In this document: piece by piece, positions 11,809-23,028 of the stretch
Numbering within the stretch: position 1 is the first letter of the stretch
Layout of the letters: each line of letters begins with the position of its first letter
Assembly: GCA_001599295.1 (NCBI GenBank)
Contig: BCGN01000006.1
Span: 310,001 to 374,000, forward strand
Origin: Sporopachydermia quercuum
Lineage: Eukaryota
DNA: 64,000 bases
Direction of reading: 5' to 3'
Program-made: the position numbers and the translations under genes
The notes under the pieces: model-generated
The model's input: only the letters and a program-made list of their open reading frames with translations
The model's database searches: none
What the model was told of the DNA's origin: nothing

Positions 11809-13709
11809 TTATTGTGATGCCTCATTAGGATCAACTTGAAAAATCTTATCAGCATTAAGAATGAAATGAGGATCTAATGAGTATTTCAACTTTCTCATAG
11901 TATCAACAGCAGGATGACCGACTTCGTGAACCAGGAAATCTCTCTTACCAATTCCAACTCCATGCTCACCAGTACAAGTACCTTCAAATTTAAGCGCTCT
12001 TTCCACCATTCTATCTACTAAATCACTTGCAATCTTCCTCTCAGATGGGTCGTATAGTATAAAAGCATGGAAATTACCATCGCCGACATGACCTACTACA
12101 GAAACCTCTAAACCTGATTCTTTAAAATCCTTTGCCGACTCGTCAATTATGGCTGATAATTTGGAAATAGGAACTGCAACATCAGTTGTCCATAATTCAA
12201 CATTAGGGTTCTTACTTCTACCGTAATCTATCGTTGACCATAAAGCATGCTTTCTTGCTGACCATAACTCTTCTATTTCGTCTTCTGATTCAGCAAATTC
12301 AAAGCTGTTACATTTATGTTTCTTAGTAATGTCTTTTACATCAGTAATAGTCTCCTTTAGGAAGTTTTTTGATCCACCAAATTTAAAAAACAATGTTGGT
12401 TTAGCAACCCATTTTCTAGTGGTGATACCAGCTTCATTAACAAAATGCATCATGTTAGCATCTAAGTATTCAACAGCATTGACTAAGATACCATTCTGAA
12501 CTATCTCTGTGACGGAACTAGCTGCCTCTTGAACAGAATCAAAAGTGACAACAGCAACAGTTTGATTTTTTGGTCGAACATTTAATTTTAAAGTAGCCTC
12601 AGTAACAACACCCAAAGTACCTTCTGATCCAATAAAAAGACCAGTTAAATTATAACCGGCCGAAGACTTTCTAGGTCTTTGTTTTGTTTTCACAATAGTA
12701 CCATCAGGTAGAACAACAGTTAGGGATAAGACATTTTCTCTCATAGTACCATATCTAGCAGCATTCGTACCAGAACAAGAAGTACCAATCATACCCCCTA
12801 TTTCAGCACCAGGACCTGGATCAGGACCAAACAATAGTCCGTAGTCGGCCAAGTATTCGTCTAGATCTTCCCAGCCAACACTTGGTTGAACAACAATATC
12901 TAAATCATCTTTATGTAAAGCAATAATTTGATCCATTCTGCTCATATCTAATGAAATACCTTGTCTTGTTGGTGTGATGTGACCTTCCAGTGATGTACCA
13001 CCTGAAAAAGGTACAACAGGGATTTTGGCATTGAAGCAAAGCTTCAAAATCTCTGACACATCTTCTGTGGAGCCAGGGCGGACAATAATAACGGGTCGTT
13101 CACCAGGTGCTGCGTGATGAGTCTGGAAGTATGAATCTGAATGAGAATCTAATTCCGACTTTGATCTGCTAATGTTATCAGAGCCAAGCAATTGCTCAAT
13201 CTTCTTGAACACTTCCTCCTGTTCAGCTTCAGAAGCATACTCAAGATGAGGAGTGTTTTTCAGTTGTAAAGTCGAAGAAGATTCAGTGGAGGGTGTTTGA
13301 CTGTTTATCTGTTGAGCTGGATTCAGAGTCTTGAATACTGCTAGAGAGGTAGCAGCTCCAACTGCAAGTAAAACAAAGTCCCCTTGAAGACGAAATGGAA
13401 CGTTAGTAAAAATAGAACCCTCAATAATAGCTTACACTCTAATATATTTTATTTTATTCTCTGTTTTCTATGAGAGAGCGGTCTAGAAGTGACTTCATAC
13501 TTACTTAATGTTGATGAGTTCTTGGTGGTGGATTGGCCATTGGAGGTATAGTGCCTACTCTGAATGGTAAACCTTTTACCCGGGTAGTGAGTGAGATTTC
13601 TAGCCGTCAATCTGGGTTTGAATCTACTGTTACAATTTCTGCTTAAACTTGCTTTGATATTGTTTGTTGCAAGGAGCTTCATTCCTTGAGCTTGTAACCA
13701 TGGAGCCAT
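11809..13709 (-). CDS. DLD1: Mitochondrial D-lactate dehydrogenase (cytochrome), two exons: 13709-13505 and 13382-11809
   Basis: FAD-oxidase motifs GGTSLEGH, GSEGTLG, GHVGDGNFH, TGEHGVG. Intron 13504-13383 has GTAAGT, TACTAAC and AAG, and joins a basic presequence in frame to a TM helix. Start could alternatively be the ATG at 13682. Confidence 0.9.
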
Positions 13710-14558
13710 TTTCACGAACAAGGGTTCCGGAACGGGCTCTGTAAGACCACTTCGCCAAGTTTAACTGGAGACCAGTTGTAGTTAGTTTCCAGCCTTGTAT
13801 TAGTAAAGAGAATCGAGCAGTCTGAGCAACCGACCTGTTAATCTGTTCACTTGGTAGTATTACAGAAAATAACTCAGACCTCAAGTTAGAAAAATGAAGA
13901 AGAGGTGAAGATGAAGAGATGAACAGAATATTGAAAAATCACCAGTTGAGGTCAAATGCAAGAATAAGGTTTCCTTTTATAAGAGGCATAATGTTTAGAG
14001 TTAAAAGAATTTACGTAATCGGAAAAACTCAGATTCGATGAGAAGTAAAAGAAGTGAAAAGAAAATATTTCTGCTATAGGATTAGACTATTTGCTTTTAC
14101 TCATATTATGATGAAATCCTCCCTCCTCAATTTACCGTATCTTACAATAATATTTGCAAGCTTCTTTTCCCGAATGCCCCACATAAAATCGTACTGTACC
14201 GAAAAATCTACGACTTTTCTGAATCATACATCAAGTAATGTGAGTGAACTTTAACCTTGTTTCAAACATTATTTGGTACCTCATTCTCCGGCATCGAAAA
14301 GCCTGGCACTGTTCAGACGATTAAGAAAAAAAGCATTACAAAGCAAGTAGCAAGTAGACCGTTGATAGGTATCAGGGAAGAGTATCATTTCAGCTTAGTG
14401 TCTCAACACATAGTTAGTTCATCTATATAATCTACTCTTCTTTTTCACTGGTTCCTGTAGTTCAAGACCAATTGTTATTTTACACTCGTCTTGTCAAACT
14501 GTCATACAGTTTTGGTAGTATTATTGCAGATTTATCTCTCTTTTATATTCATTCCGTT

Positions 14559-15488
14559 CTAGTAAATAAAAGGTATAATTCGTGCAGTCTTTGAATCAAA
14601 AGTTTCAGGGAACTTTGATTTATAGTAATGCCATGTTTGGTTGCTCGATGCTCCTAGATTTACCAATATCCATACAACAACTAGTATACTGTCCTCCCCA
14701 GAAGAAGCTTCCAGTAAGCAGAAAGATAGATATATCATCACTTCATCTGTATAATGAGCAGAGTAGGAATATCTGAACAGTCCCCTCGTTGGTAATGTAT
14801 ATTTTTTCAAAGAGGCCAGATACTTGTGATTTTGATATTGATTGTATGACGCTATTATAAAAAGTGCTATGGACAAAGAATCAAAGAACGTAATACTTGA
14901 AAATGATTTTTTTTCAACTTTACCCGGTTCAAATGATCCCATTAATTTCATACTTTCATTTTGATTCATATAATGCTTAATACTGCATAGTACTAGGTGC
15001 CAGTTTTGAACTAAATAGAAAGAAATGCCAACTAAGTAATGAGATAAGTGAATCTCGGCACTGGGTATACTATGATTAATAAAGATTGATTCCCATAATC
15101 TGCGAAGGCTATGCAGAAGCATCAACCACAATGGTAATGATTCTTGGATAAACGTATGGTTAATGTGTTTTATGTTGGAATAGTAACTCATAATGAATAT
15201 ATTACCTATCGAGCATATAGTTGATAGAATGTAGAAATGAGTAAACCAACTCTTCGATACTCGTAAACTGAGAATCCATGATAACAAGTAGTTGTTACTA
15301 ACATTCTGTAGCTTATTATTGCTTAAAACTTTCCCATACCAAAGAAACGGATTCAAACTCGGTTGAACTGTAGCTGTTATAACAGATGTGATCCCAAGGG
15401 CGAAATAAGTTCTTATAACCCATTGAAGTGTCTCAATTGTCAGGTATGGTTCGATAGCTTGGAACACACGGGCAAGAGTTATTATCAT
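14559..15488 (-). CDS. DFG10: Polyprenol/polyprenal reductase (steroid 5-alpha-reductase family)
   Basis: YGK, KSWFTHFY, HSLRRLWES, HYLVG, HKYLASLKKY, AHYTDE and IIPFIY motifs. Confidence 0.9.
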   Translation of the reverse strand: MIITLARVFQAIEPYLTIETLQWVIRTYFALGITSVITATVQPSLNPFLWYGKVLSNNKLQNVSNNYLLSWILSLRVSKSWFTHFYILSTICSIGNIFIMSYYSNIKHINHTFIQESLPLWLMLLHSLRRLWESIFINHSIPSAEIHLSHYLVGISFYLVQNWHLVLCSIKHYMNQNESMKLMGSFEPGKVEKKSFSSITFFDSLSIALFIIASYNQYQNHKYLASLKKYTLPTRGLFRYSYSAHYTDEVMIYLSFCLLEASSGEDSILVVVWILVNLGASSNQTWHYYKSKFPETFDSKTARIIPFIY

Positions 15489-15799
15489 GATTGGAAGGTA
15501 TTCATTATCTTAATAATTCTCACAGTTTGATAGTAACCATTATAATTACAAGCGTCTGTTGTTATTGAATTTGGCGCTTTGAATTGTCAATGATTGTCTT
15601 TAACAGCGGTAATGATAATCACCATAATAAGGAATGTGAATAGCTCCCACTCAGAAGCTTATTCTGACTGTTAAAAATGAACGCTTTGGGCAAAAGGGTT
15701 TTTGTCCCAAAACTGATGTTTGTTTTAGGGATCTTTCTTGAAAAACACACTAATACAAAATAATAATGATGGTGTAAAAGTGACGTATGACCCAAATAT

Positions 15800-16402
15800 A
15801 TAATCAACATAAGGACACTTTTTAAATGTTCTGTGAGAATGAATCCTTAGTATATCAATGGATAAATTGTTTGATAAATTGATCCATCTTGATCTTATAC
15901 CTAACACAGCAAATGTAGCAAACTCGAATGAGAAAGTAAGAATTATTATCACATATAAAACCATAACACAATTAAGCCAATCAACATCACGCTTCTCTTA
16001 TCATCCTAACTAGCGTACCTATAGATCCTTCTTTTTTTATATATGAAGATATTAGAGCACCTAATGCGAAGGAAGCAATCACTAAATCTGCCGAGAGGCA
16101 CATTGTACAAGCAGAAGCAATCATTAGTTTGTTCTTCTTCTAGAACTCCGCCAACACCTCTAACATCTGCTTTCAAAGCAGTGACAGTTTTGACCCAAGC
16201 TATCTTCCATCTTGGAAAGTCATTTTCCACTTGTTCTACTTCGGAAGCAGGCTCGGTAGATTTTTCTAGTGTGGTGGCTGTTGGGATAGCTGTCTCTTCA
16301 AGACCAACGGAAGTCACTCCTGATATTCGATAATGAGATACTCTGAGAAGAGTTAGCTGAAGGTATAAATATATTATTTGTTCACTTGATTAGATTGCTC
16401 AT
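15800..16402 (-). pseudogene. Truncated, frameshifted purine-cytosine permease (FCY2/TPN1, NCS1 family) pseudogene
   Basis: LKADVRGVGGVLEEEQTN, a frameshift at ~16124, then ASACTMCLSADLVIASFALGAL. This matches Fcy2 LNAETKGVEPVTEDEKTD..NAASMWFSANMVIASYALGAL (recalled). Further hydrophobic fragments follow in other frames, with stops. Confidence 0.75.
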
Positions 16403-16894
16403 CTCTTCGAACTTTTAACTGCAATCTCTTCAAAGAATTGTATGGCCTATTTGATTTCGAGAGTAGTGAGCCATATAAAGTTTCAACTAAAAAAAGCTTA
16501 TCGGATGAGCTCTAGAACTTACGCTTTTGGCGCAACCGTTCTATGTTTTATACTATAATTTTTGGAAACATCTGATGAGAAATAGGATTTTTCATTCGCT
16601 AAATCTATTCTTATCATCTGCATTATAGTGAAATATTGAAGTTTGAAATATGCTTCCTATAATAACAAGCAAAGTCTTTAAAATTCATCTGAGAAAGTAA
16701 TTTCACATTGAAACTGAAAACTTGATTCTGACATTGGGCGAGCTATAAACGATTATGGATAATTACTTCTCTCATTGAACCCTCTTTCATATCATGACGG
16801 TGAATCTGTTACCATCAATATCTTCAATATGATAAATCTGCAGGTAAATAAATAAAGCTCAAGAACTCATTGATTCCAACTTGTTGAACACTGA

Positions 16895-16955
16895 AAGCTG
16901 TAGAGCATTTTTTATTTCATCCTAAAAAATGCTCTACTGCTTATTTCATCCTAAA
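16895..16955. repeat. 15-bp perfect inverted repeat (8-nt loop) overlapping a 15-bp direct repeat
   Basis: GTAGAGCATTTTTTA 16900-16914 pairs with TAAAAAATGCTCTAC 16923-16937. TTATTTCATCCTAAA occurs at 16912 and 16941. Confidence 0.9.
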
Positions 16956-17251
16956 TATATGGAATTCTGGCTACGCTTCCACTCATTCTGAAGATCACGT
17001 AATCACTTTACATAATTTCAATTCTTATTAACAGATTACATCATCAGTTAATATACACCCATCCCATCCGTCTCCTTCCATCTCAGACACGTCTAATAGT
17101 TATCACGAAACCCTGATTACCTTGTAAACAGGACCCTCCAGTATTGTTATCATGAAGAACTTCACTTTATCAGCGAGCAATTGAACAATCTATCATTGCC
17201 CCTCCAAACATCATCAATTGAAACTTTTCAGAATATCAAATACTTTTCAGA

Positions 17252-17938
17252 ATGTCCGAATACTCATCCAAAACTGTCGTGCAGCTGAAAGAATTGCTCA
17301 AAACACGTGGACTTTCTACTGCTGGTAAGAAAGAAGAACTGATACAAAGATTGGTCGATGCTGATACGCAAACTGGAGAGCCCGCTGGTGGTCAAAACAA
17401 GGAATCTACAGAAGCAGTAGAATCAGTAGCTGAGAAGAAGTTAGACGAAGATGTTGCTGAAAGTGATCAGCAAAAGGATGACACTGTGAAAGCGGCCTCT
17501 GATGTTGATCATAATACGGAAGCAGCGGTAAACAACCAAGAATTAAATCCTGATCAAGTGGAAGGAAATGGGAAACCAATTGAAGAACCAGAACAATCAA
17601 ATGAGGAAAGAATGAAGGCTCAAATTGAGGAGTTGGAGAAAAGAATTTCGAGAGCAAAGAAGTTTGGTGATAGTGAGATTCAAAATGAGGCTGAACAATT
17701 ATTAGTCAGAATTAAAAAGTTTGGACTGCCAGAAGCCAATTTCAAATTCGGTGTAGCAAAAAGTGGTTTAAATACTGAATTAAAGATTCACAAGAAGCAT
17801 AGAGGAAAACCAAGAAGGAGATTCAGTAGTAGCAAAGATAGTAAAGGCAATAATGGTGAGGTAAAAAGTTTCAATTTGGCTGATAGTGATAAGTCAAAGA
17901 TTGAAGCAAGAAAAGCAAAATTTGGTATTGTTCCTTGA
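17252..17938 (+). CDS. THO1: SAP-domain RNA-binding protein (Tho1/SARNP-like)
   Basis: N-terminal SAP domain YSSKTVVQLKELLKTRGLSTAGKKEELIQRL, plus repeated R-x-x-K-F-G motifs (RAKKFG, RIKKFG, RKAKFG). Confidence 0.85.
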   Translation: MSEYSSKTVVQLKELLKTRGLSTAGKKEELIQRLVDADTQTGEPAGGQNKESTEAVESVAEKKLDEDVAESDQQKDDTVKAASDVDHNTEAAVNNQELNPDQVEGNGKPIEEPEQSNEERMKAQIEELEKRISRAKKFGDSEIQNEAEQLLVRIKKFGLPEANFKFGVAKSGLNTELKIHKKHRGKPRRRFSSSKDSKGNNGEVKSFNLADSDKSKIEARKAKFGIVP

Positions 17939-19443
17939 GTGTTCAGGTTTTTGATTAGTTTGTCATTGGATGACTTACTATGTGAATAAAACAGCATGAA
18001 AAGAAGTAGAAAGGATATGAAAAAAAAAGTATGAAAAGGAGTGAAAAGAATGTGATACTGGTAGGATGTTAGTATGTAGTAAAATTCACGATGCACGGTG
18101 CACGGTGCAATGTTTACCATAAATTGTGTAGACTGTGCTGTGCGTTTATACATAGAAGTAGGTTCCAAGTTGTGAATGCAAAGTATGTAGTATTAGAATC
18201 CGAATATGAAAAGCGAAGAAGATTTGATAAATAAGGAATAGGAAGAAAAAAAAAAGGAAATTATTATGAATACCGTCAATTGAGTCAACTTTCTACTATT
18301 CTTTTGGAAATCAAACTCTTTCAGGTTAAGTTGTCAAAAAATAAACTCATTAAAAGAAGATATGAATGAATGTCAAATGACCATACTGTATAGTACTGTT
18401 ATATAATTGTATAGGTATAATTACTAAGTGATTTTAGATATTATGAAGCAGAAAATAGTTGGAAAAATGAATATAAAGCAATAATAAAAGCAATAATAAA
18501 CTCAAACTAAAACTGCATAGCAAATTCAAACGAGTCATAAAGGCTTGGAGAGCAAGACCACCACCAAATCATATTTGTAGAACCTATAAATCGATTTCTT
18601 TTCAATGCTGTAGTAGAGGATGAAAGCCCTTCAAAGGCATCTAAACTCAACTATGTTGCTTTAGGAATTCAAGCTAGCTTCAACTATCAATAACTGACCC
18701 GATTTCTTATGTCTAAACAACAAAGTCATCCATTTGTCTGTTGTATGGGACCGATGATAGAGAAAAGAATACTGAATTTTCACCTGGATGATCTATTTTG
18801 AAGCAGATGTCAGCGTACTGTTAATCTTATCAGTTGTAGTGTCTTGTCTGGATTCTCTTAATCCTCCTATAGCCTTATGTCCTGATCTTTCTCTGTTTAT
18901 CCATCCATCATATTACTTCAGTCCAGTTAAACTATTAATCAAATGCACCCTGTGCTTATAATCAACTGGGATTCAAGCTTGGAAGCTACTTCCTTTCCAG
19001 CTGGGGATTTACTTAGCAGTCAAAACCACTAAACAGAGAAATAGAAAGCAACGTAAATTTCAATAAAACATATAGAAACATTCAGTAAATGAACTTGATG
19101 AACTATGGTTTCTTCTAATTATTAGACATTTTTCTCAGCTACGATAACAACTAAAAAGTAGGGTAGCTAGCTGGCTATGCTATCGGTAGCTAACTACTAG
19201 CTACTAATTGCTCAACATTATCAAGTTCTCATAAGGCAGAGAGAAAACAAATAAGGTGATATATCTATTATTCTATCTATTCTATCAAATCATATTTTAT
19301 ATAACACGCCAAAATTCTATAATCCAGTTATCCTAACATAGGCCTACTCTCCTTATCGTATATAATACAAGCTAAATATAAGAGTATTATATTTATTGCT
19401 TAAACAACAATCATATTTGATCATTAGTGCCCTTCTTCCTCTT

Positions 19444-22400
19444 CTAAAATAAATACCTTATTATTTCTTCATCGACATACCTTTCAAGCAAAATATTGTC
19501 TCCTCCTTTCTCCGACACATACATCTTCAATGCATTAATTGCTTCCATTACTTTATACTCACTGATATTCAAGCCACCATTCATACCATCCAAACCATTC
19601 AAACCATTAGAACTTTCTGTCTTTCTAATTTCATACTCATCCTCACAGTATTTTCTTCTCTCCCGCTTCTTAAATGACTGATTAACATATTTCTCAGGAT
19701 GCACTTTCCTGTCAACTTGTAGAAAGATTTCCTCAGTTGTCATGAATCTTCCTTGAACATTCTCTTCTTGAGAATCAACTAAAATCTCAGCAAACTTTTT
19801 CATTGCCGGAGCTCTTAACCAACTATCATCCTTATCAGAATCTGATGAGTTGAGACTCCACTCTTTGAAGTCTTTTCTTAATAGCTGTTTGATATTGAAT
19901 CCATAGTTAGGAAACCTATATAATAGAGACTTCATATACTTGGACAATAAGCTTGACAAATCATCAAGCATTGAGCATTTGTAATAAATCGCCATTTGAG
20001 GAACAAAGAAGCCAGCAGCACCCATGGGAACATCTTTTGATTTCGATATAACACCCGCAGTGTCAGTATAGTAAATATCATCCGGAGGACTAGCATTCAT
20101 GTTGTCATTTGTATTGAAAGAGCAGCTAAATCCTGATCTATAAAAACAACCTTGAATATCAAGAATGTTATCCCAAGATTGGAATAAGAAAAGGATGAAT
20201 TCAGATAGGTCAATATCAAAAGACCAAGAGATGAGTTTATCAAGAGATTTGATAGTAGCAGTTGTGGATGAAGGAATAGTAGGAATAGAAGCGTTAGTAG
20301 CGTTAGTAGCGTTGATATTAGCATTATAAATACTATCATTACTTCTCACTGCATTCATACTAATGCTACTATTCATACTATTACCACCACTACCGTAAGA
20401 ATACTTATTGTTGATATTGGCATAAGGTAAAGTTGGTTCCAACATTCCGTTATTGATATGATTAGTAATACTACTATTAGTAGAGTTATAATCGTAGTTG
20501 ATCATAGAACTTTGAGGCATTCTTGGTAATTGAGAGTCTGGATAGACTCCCATATAATTATGAAGCATATTTTGTTGATCTGAGACTAATGTTGATGCCG
20601 AGGCTGCTGGCGTTGTTGATGTGGATGCTGCCTGTCCAAAATATTGATAGTTACCAAATGATTGGTTTTGATAGCCACTTGGAATAGTATTCTCATTTCC
20701 AGTATGGTTCATGTTTATATTTTCAATTTGAATACTGTGGTGGTTCTGCTGGTTATTGTTATAATGATTCTGCTGATTCTGCTGGTTCTGCTGACTACTG
20801 TGATCTAATTCAAAACCAAGTTCTGAGTCGTAGAATAATATTCTTCTAATACACCTCTGAAGCATCAAATAACGGATGTTTCCTTTATAATTGGCGGCCA
20901 ACCCGCAATCAAATGGTGTCGGTGCGTATGACGGGAACACTCGTACTAATGAATATTTAATTTCAAATTTATCTGGCTTTCCTTCTTTCTCAGAGAGCTG
21001 TTGACCCTGATATGACTTATTAGAAGAATTAGTGTTTAAAGTAGTATTGCTAGTATTGCTACTACTATATCCTTCGTCATAATCAGTAGTTAAATGCTGA
21101 AATGACATAATGCCACCGAAATCATCGAATGAAGTATCAATGACATTTCTAAGGGCTTCTTGGTCGACCAATTTAACTAATGAGCTATCAAGGAATAAAA
21201 CTCCTTTCTTGCCGGGTCTCAGTCCGTTGTAATTTTTCATTTTTTCATCAAACCTTCGAAATATGTCCATCAAAATATTGATGTTAATACTGAAGGGATC
21301 CTTGTTATAATAGTAATTTGAGAGAATAAAGTCCACATCAGTAGCACTAAGCATATTCCTTTTCTTCCCGTAGAAATGGCTTGGTTTGGGTAGTGATTTC
21401 TTGGAAGTACCAGTAGTGTCAGTAGCATGGTTACTATGGGCAGAACTTGAATTGTATGCTGAATCATCCAATAATACTTTTCTCAGCGTATCAGGATCAA
21501 TAGAGCCAATAACAATTGGGTCGAACTTATAAGAACCATTGGCACATGTACATAAGCCAATAGCAAATTTATAGGCCCGTAACGGAGAATTGGAGTTAGA
21601 ATCATAGAATTGATTCAAGTCAGCGAAAGGAGAAGTATCGGATTTGATTCCAATCAAATCGAAGAAAAACACTTCATTCGCTTGAAACTCATCTGATAAT
21701 GCTGCCAATGGATCAACCCAATGTGCCATTGATGGTATGCTTGATTTGGCATTTGCTGTGTTGTTGCTGTTGTTATAACAACTGGTAGTACTATCGATAT
21801 CAGCAGCACTATCATTAGAGGTATCATGTGTATTATCGTTACGATCATCGTCACAATCTGAACGTGTCTTAGCATTAATCCCATCGTCAAGATCACGGGA
21901 ACCCATATTTTTAACACTACGACGAATATTGTTTCTTCTTTTAAAAGAATCAATCATTCCCGATGATACTATAACTTTTTCATGGTTAGGCACATTAAAC
22001 AGCTCAGCATACTTTTGGTAGGTTAATTTGATCATGTCTCCAGTAACATATTTCCCTTTCTTATACAGATTATTCAATTCCTGCTCTGTTGCAATCGTTA
22101 CTTCAGGAAACTTGAAAGTGCGAATTCTTTTAGAATTTTTCAACGAGAAATCTTTTCTTACTGCTTGTCTTATTTGTTCTTCTTTATTAAGCCATTCTGA
22201 CAAAGCAGAAGTTGAGATGGAGAAGATGCCTAGTTTTTTGAAATGCTTTACAGTTTTAACTTGAGATTTCCCCGATGACTTATGATACCATTCAATGACT
22301 TGCAATTTCTGCTGATAAGTTGGTCTCCCCCTTTTTGAAGGATTAGGGAGATTTTTACCTTTCAGATGTTTCAGAGATGAATTGGTGATACTAGGGAGGT

Positions 22401-23028
22401 TAGAGGAAGAAACTGCGTTACTTTTAATTGAAGATTTGGCGGCTGTTGATGCAGGAGCTGGCGCAGAAATTGAAGCAGGTAGTGGTGCTGAAGTCCCGGT
22501 TGAAGTTGGGACAGAATTATGGTTGATACTAATAGAACCGACTAAGTTTGAATGGCTTGAATTGTTGCTTGTAGGTGTTGAAGGAGAGGTAGAATTTGAT
22601 GTTGTTGATAGTCCTGATAATCCGGATAATCCTGTTGGTAAANCATTTAAATATTGATATGAGTTATCATTAGCAACCTGTTGATTAAGAAGATTCGGAT
22701 TGGTATTAATAGTATTAATAGGATCAGCATTAATACTGCTAATACTATTCATACTGTTTATACCATTGCCCATAATATTACTATTTCTACTAATAGAAGC
22801 AATATTCATCATGGAATTCTGATTCTGTTGATGCTGTTGATGCTCAGATGTAGGAGTCGCATCTGGAAGCTCATTTGGCATCCCATTCGGCATCCCATAA
22901 TCAATATCTGGTGAAGGATTCCCATTATCAAATGAATTTAACGAAACGTTTTGATAGGATCCAGTCCCAGGATTGCCAGAGGGATTCTGGTAATTGATAT
23001 AACGAGAATATTGATCCGGGTGATTCAT
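19444..23028 (-). CDS. CENP-B/Tc5-type HTH + DDE_1-like protein (domesticated pogo-family transposase)
   Basis: Tandem HTH (TYQQKLQVIEW..ISTSALSEWL..KFPEV..VTGDMIK..SSGMIDSFKRRNNI) followed by DDE_1-like blocks (VFFFDLIG, LCTCANGSYKFDPIVIG, VLFLDS, PFDCGL), interrupted by N/Q/S-rich insertions. Confidence 0.8.
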   Translation of the reverse strand: MNHPDQYSRYINYQNPSGNPGTGSYQNVSLNSFDNGNPSPDIDYGMPNGMPNELPDATPTSEHQQHQQNQNSMMNIASISRNSNIMGNGINSMNSISSINADPINTINTNPNLLNQQVANDNSYQYLNXLPTGLSGLSGLSTTSNSTSPSTPTSNNSSHSNLVGSISINHNSVPTSTGTSAPLPASISAPAPASTAAKSSIKSNAVSSSNLPSITNSSLKHLKGKNLPNPSKRGRPTYQQKLQVIEWYHKSSGKSQVKTVKHFKKLGIFSISTSALSEWLNKEEQIRQAVRKDFSLKNSKRIRTFKFPEVTIATEQELNNLYKKGKYVTGDMIKLTYQKYAELFNVPNHEKVIVSSGMIDSFKRRNNIRRSVKNMGSRDLDDGINAKTRSDCDDDRNDNTHDTSNDSAADIDSTTSCYNNSNNTANAKSSIPSMAHWVDPLAALSDEFQANEVFFFDLIGIKSDTSPFADLNQFYDSNSNSPLRAYKFAIGLCTCANGSYKFDPIVIGSIDPDTLRKVLLDDSAYNSSSAHSNHATDTTGTSKKSLPKPSHFYGKKRNMLSATDVDFILSNYYYNKDPFSININILMDIFRRFDEKMKNYNGLRPGKKGVLFLDSSLVKLVDQEALRNVIDTSFDDFGGIMSFQHLTTDYDEGYSSSNTSNTTLNTNSSNKSYQGQQLSEKEGKPDKFEIKYSLVRVFPSYAPTPFDCGLAANYKGNIRYLMLQRCIRRILFYDSELGFELDHSSQQNQQNQQNHYNNNQQNHHSIQIENINMNHTGNENTIPSGYQNQSFGNYQYFGQAASTSTTPAASASTLVSDQQNMLHNYMGVYPDSQLPRMPQSSMINYDYNSTNSSITNHINNGMLEPTLPYANINNKYSYGSGGNSMNSSISMNAVRSNDSIYNANINATNATNASIPTIPSSTTATIKSLDKLISWSFDIDLSEFILFLFQSWDNILDIQGCFYRSGFSCSFNTNDNMNASPPDDIYYTDTAGVISKSKDVPMGAAGFFVPQMAIYYKCSMLDDLSSLLSKYMKSLLYRFPNYGFNIKQLLRKDFKEWSLNSSDSDKDDSWLRAPAMKKFAEILVDSQEENVQGRFMTTEEIFLQVDRKVHPEKYVNQSFKKRERRKYCEDEYEIRKTESSNGLNGLDGMNGGLNISEYKVMEAINALKMYVSEKGGDNILLERYVDEEIIRYLF

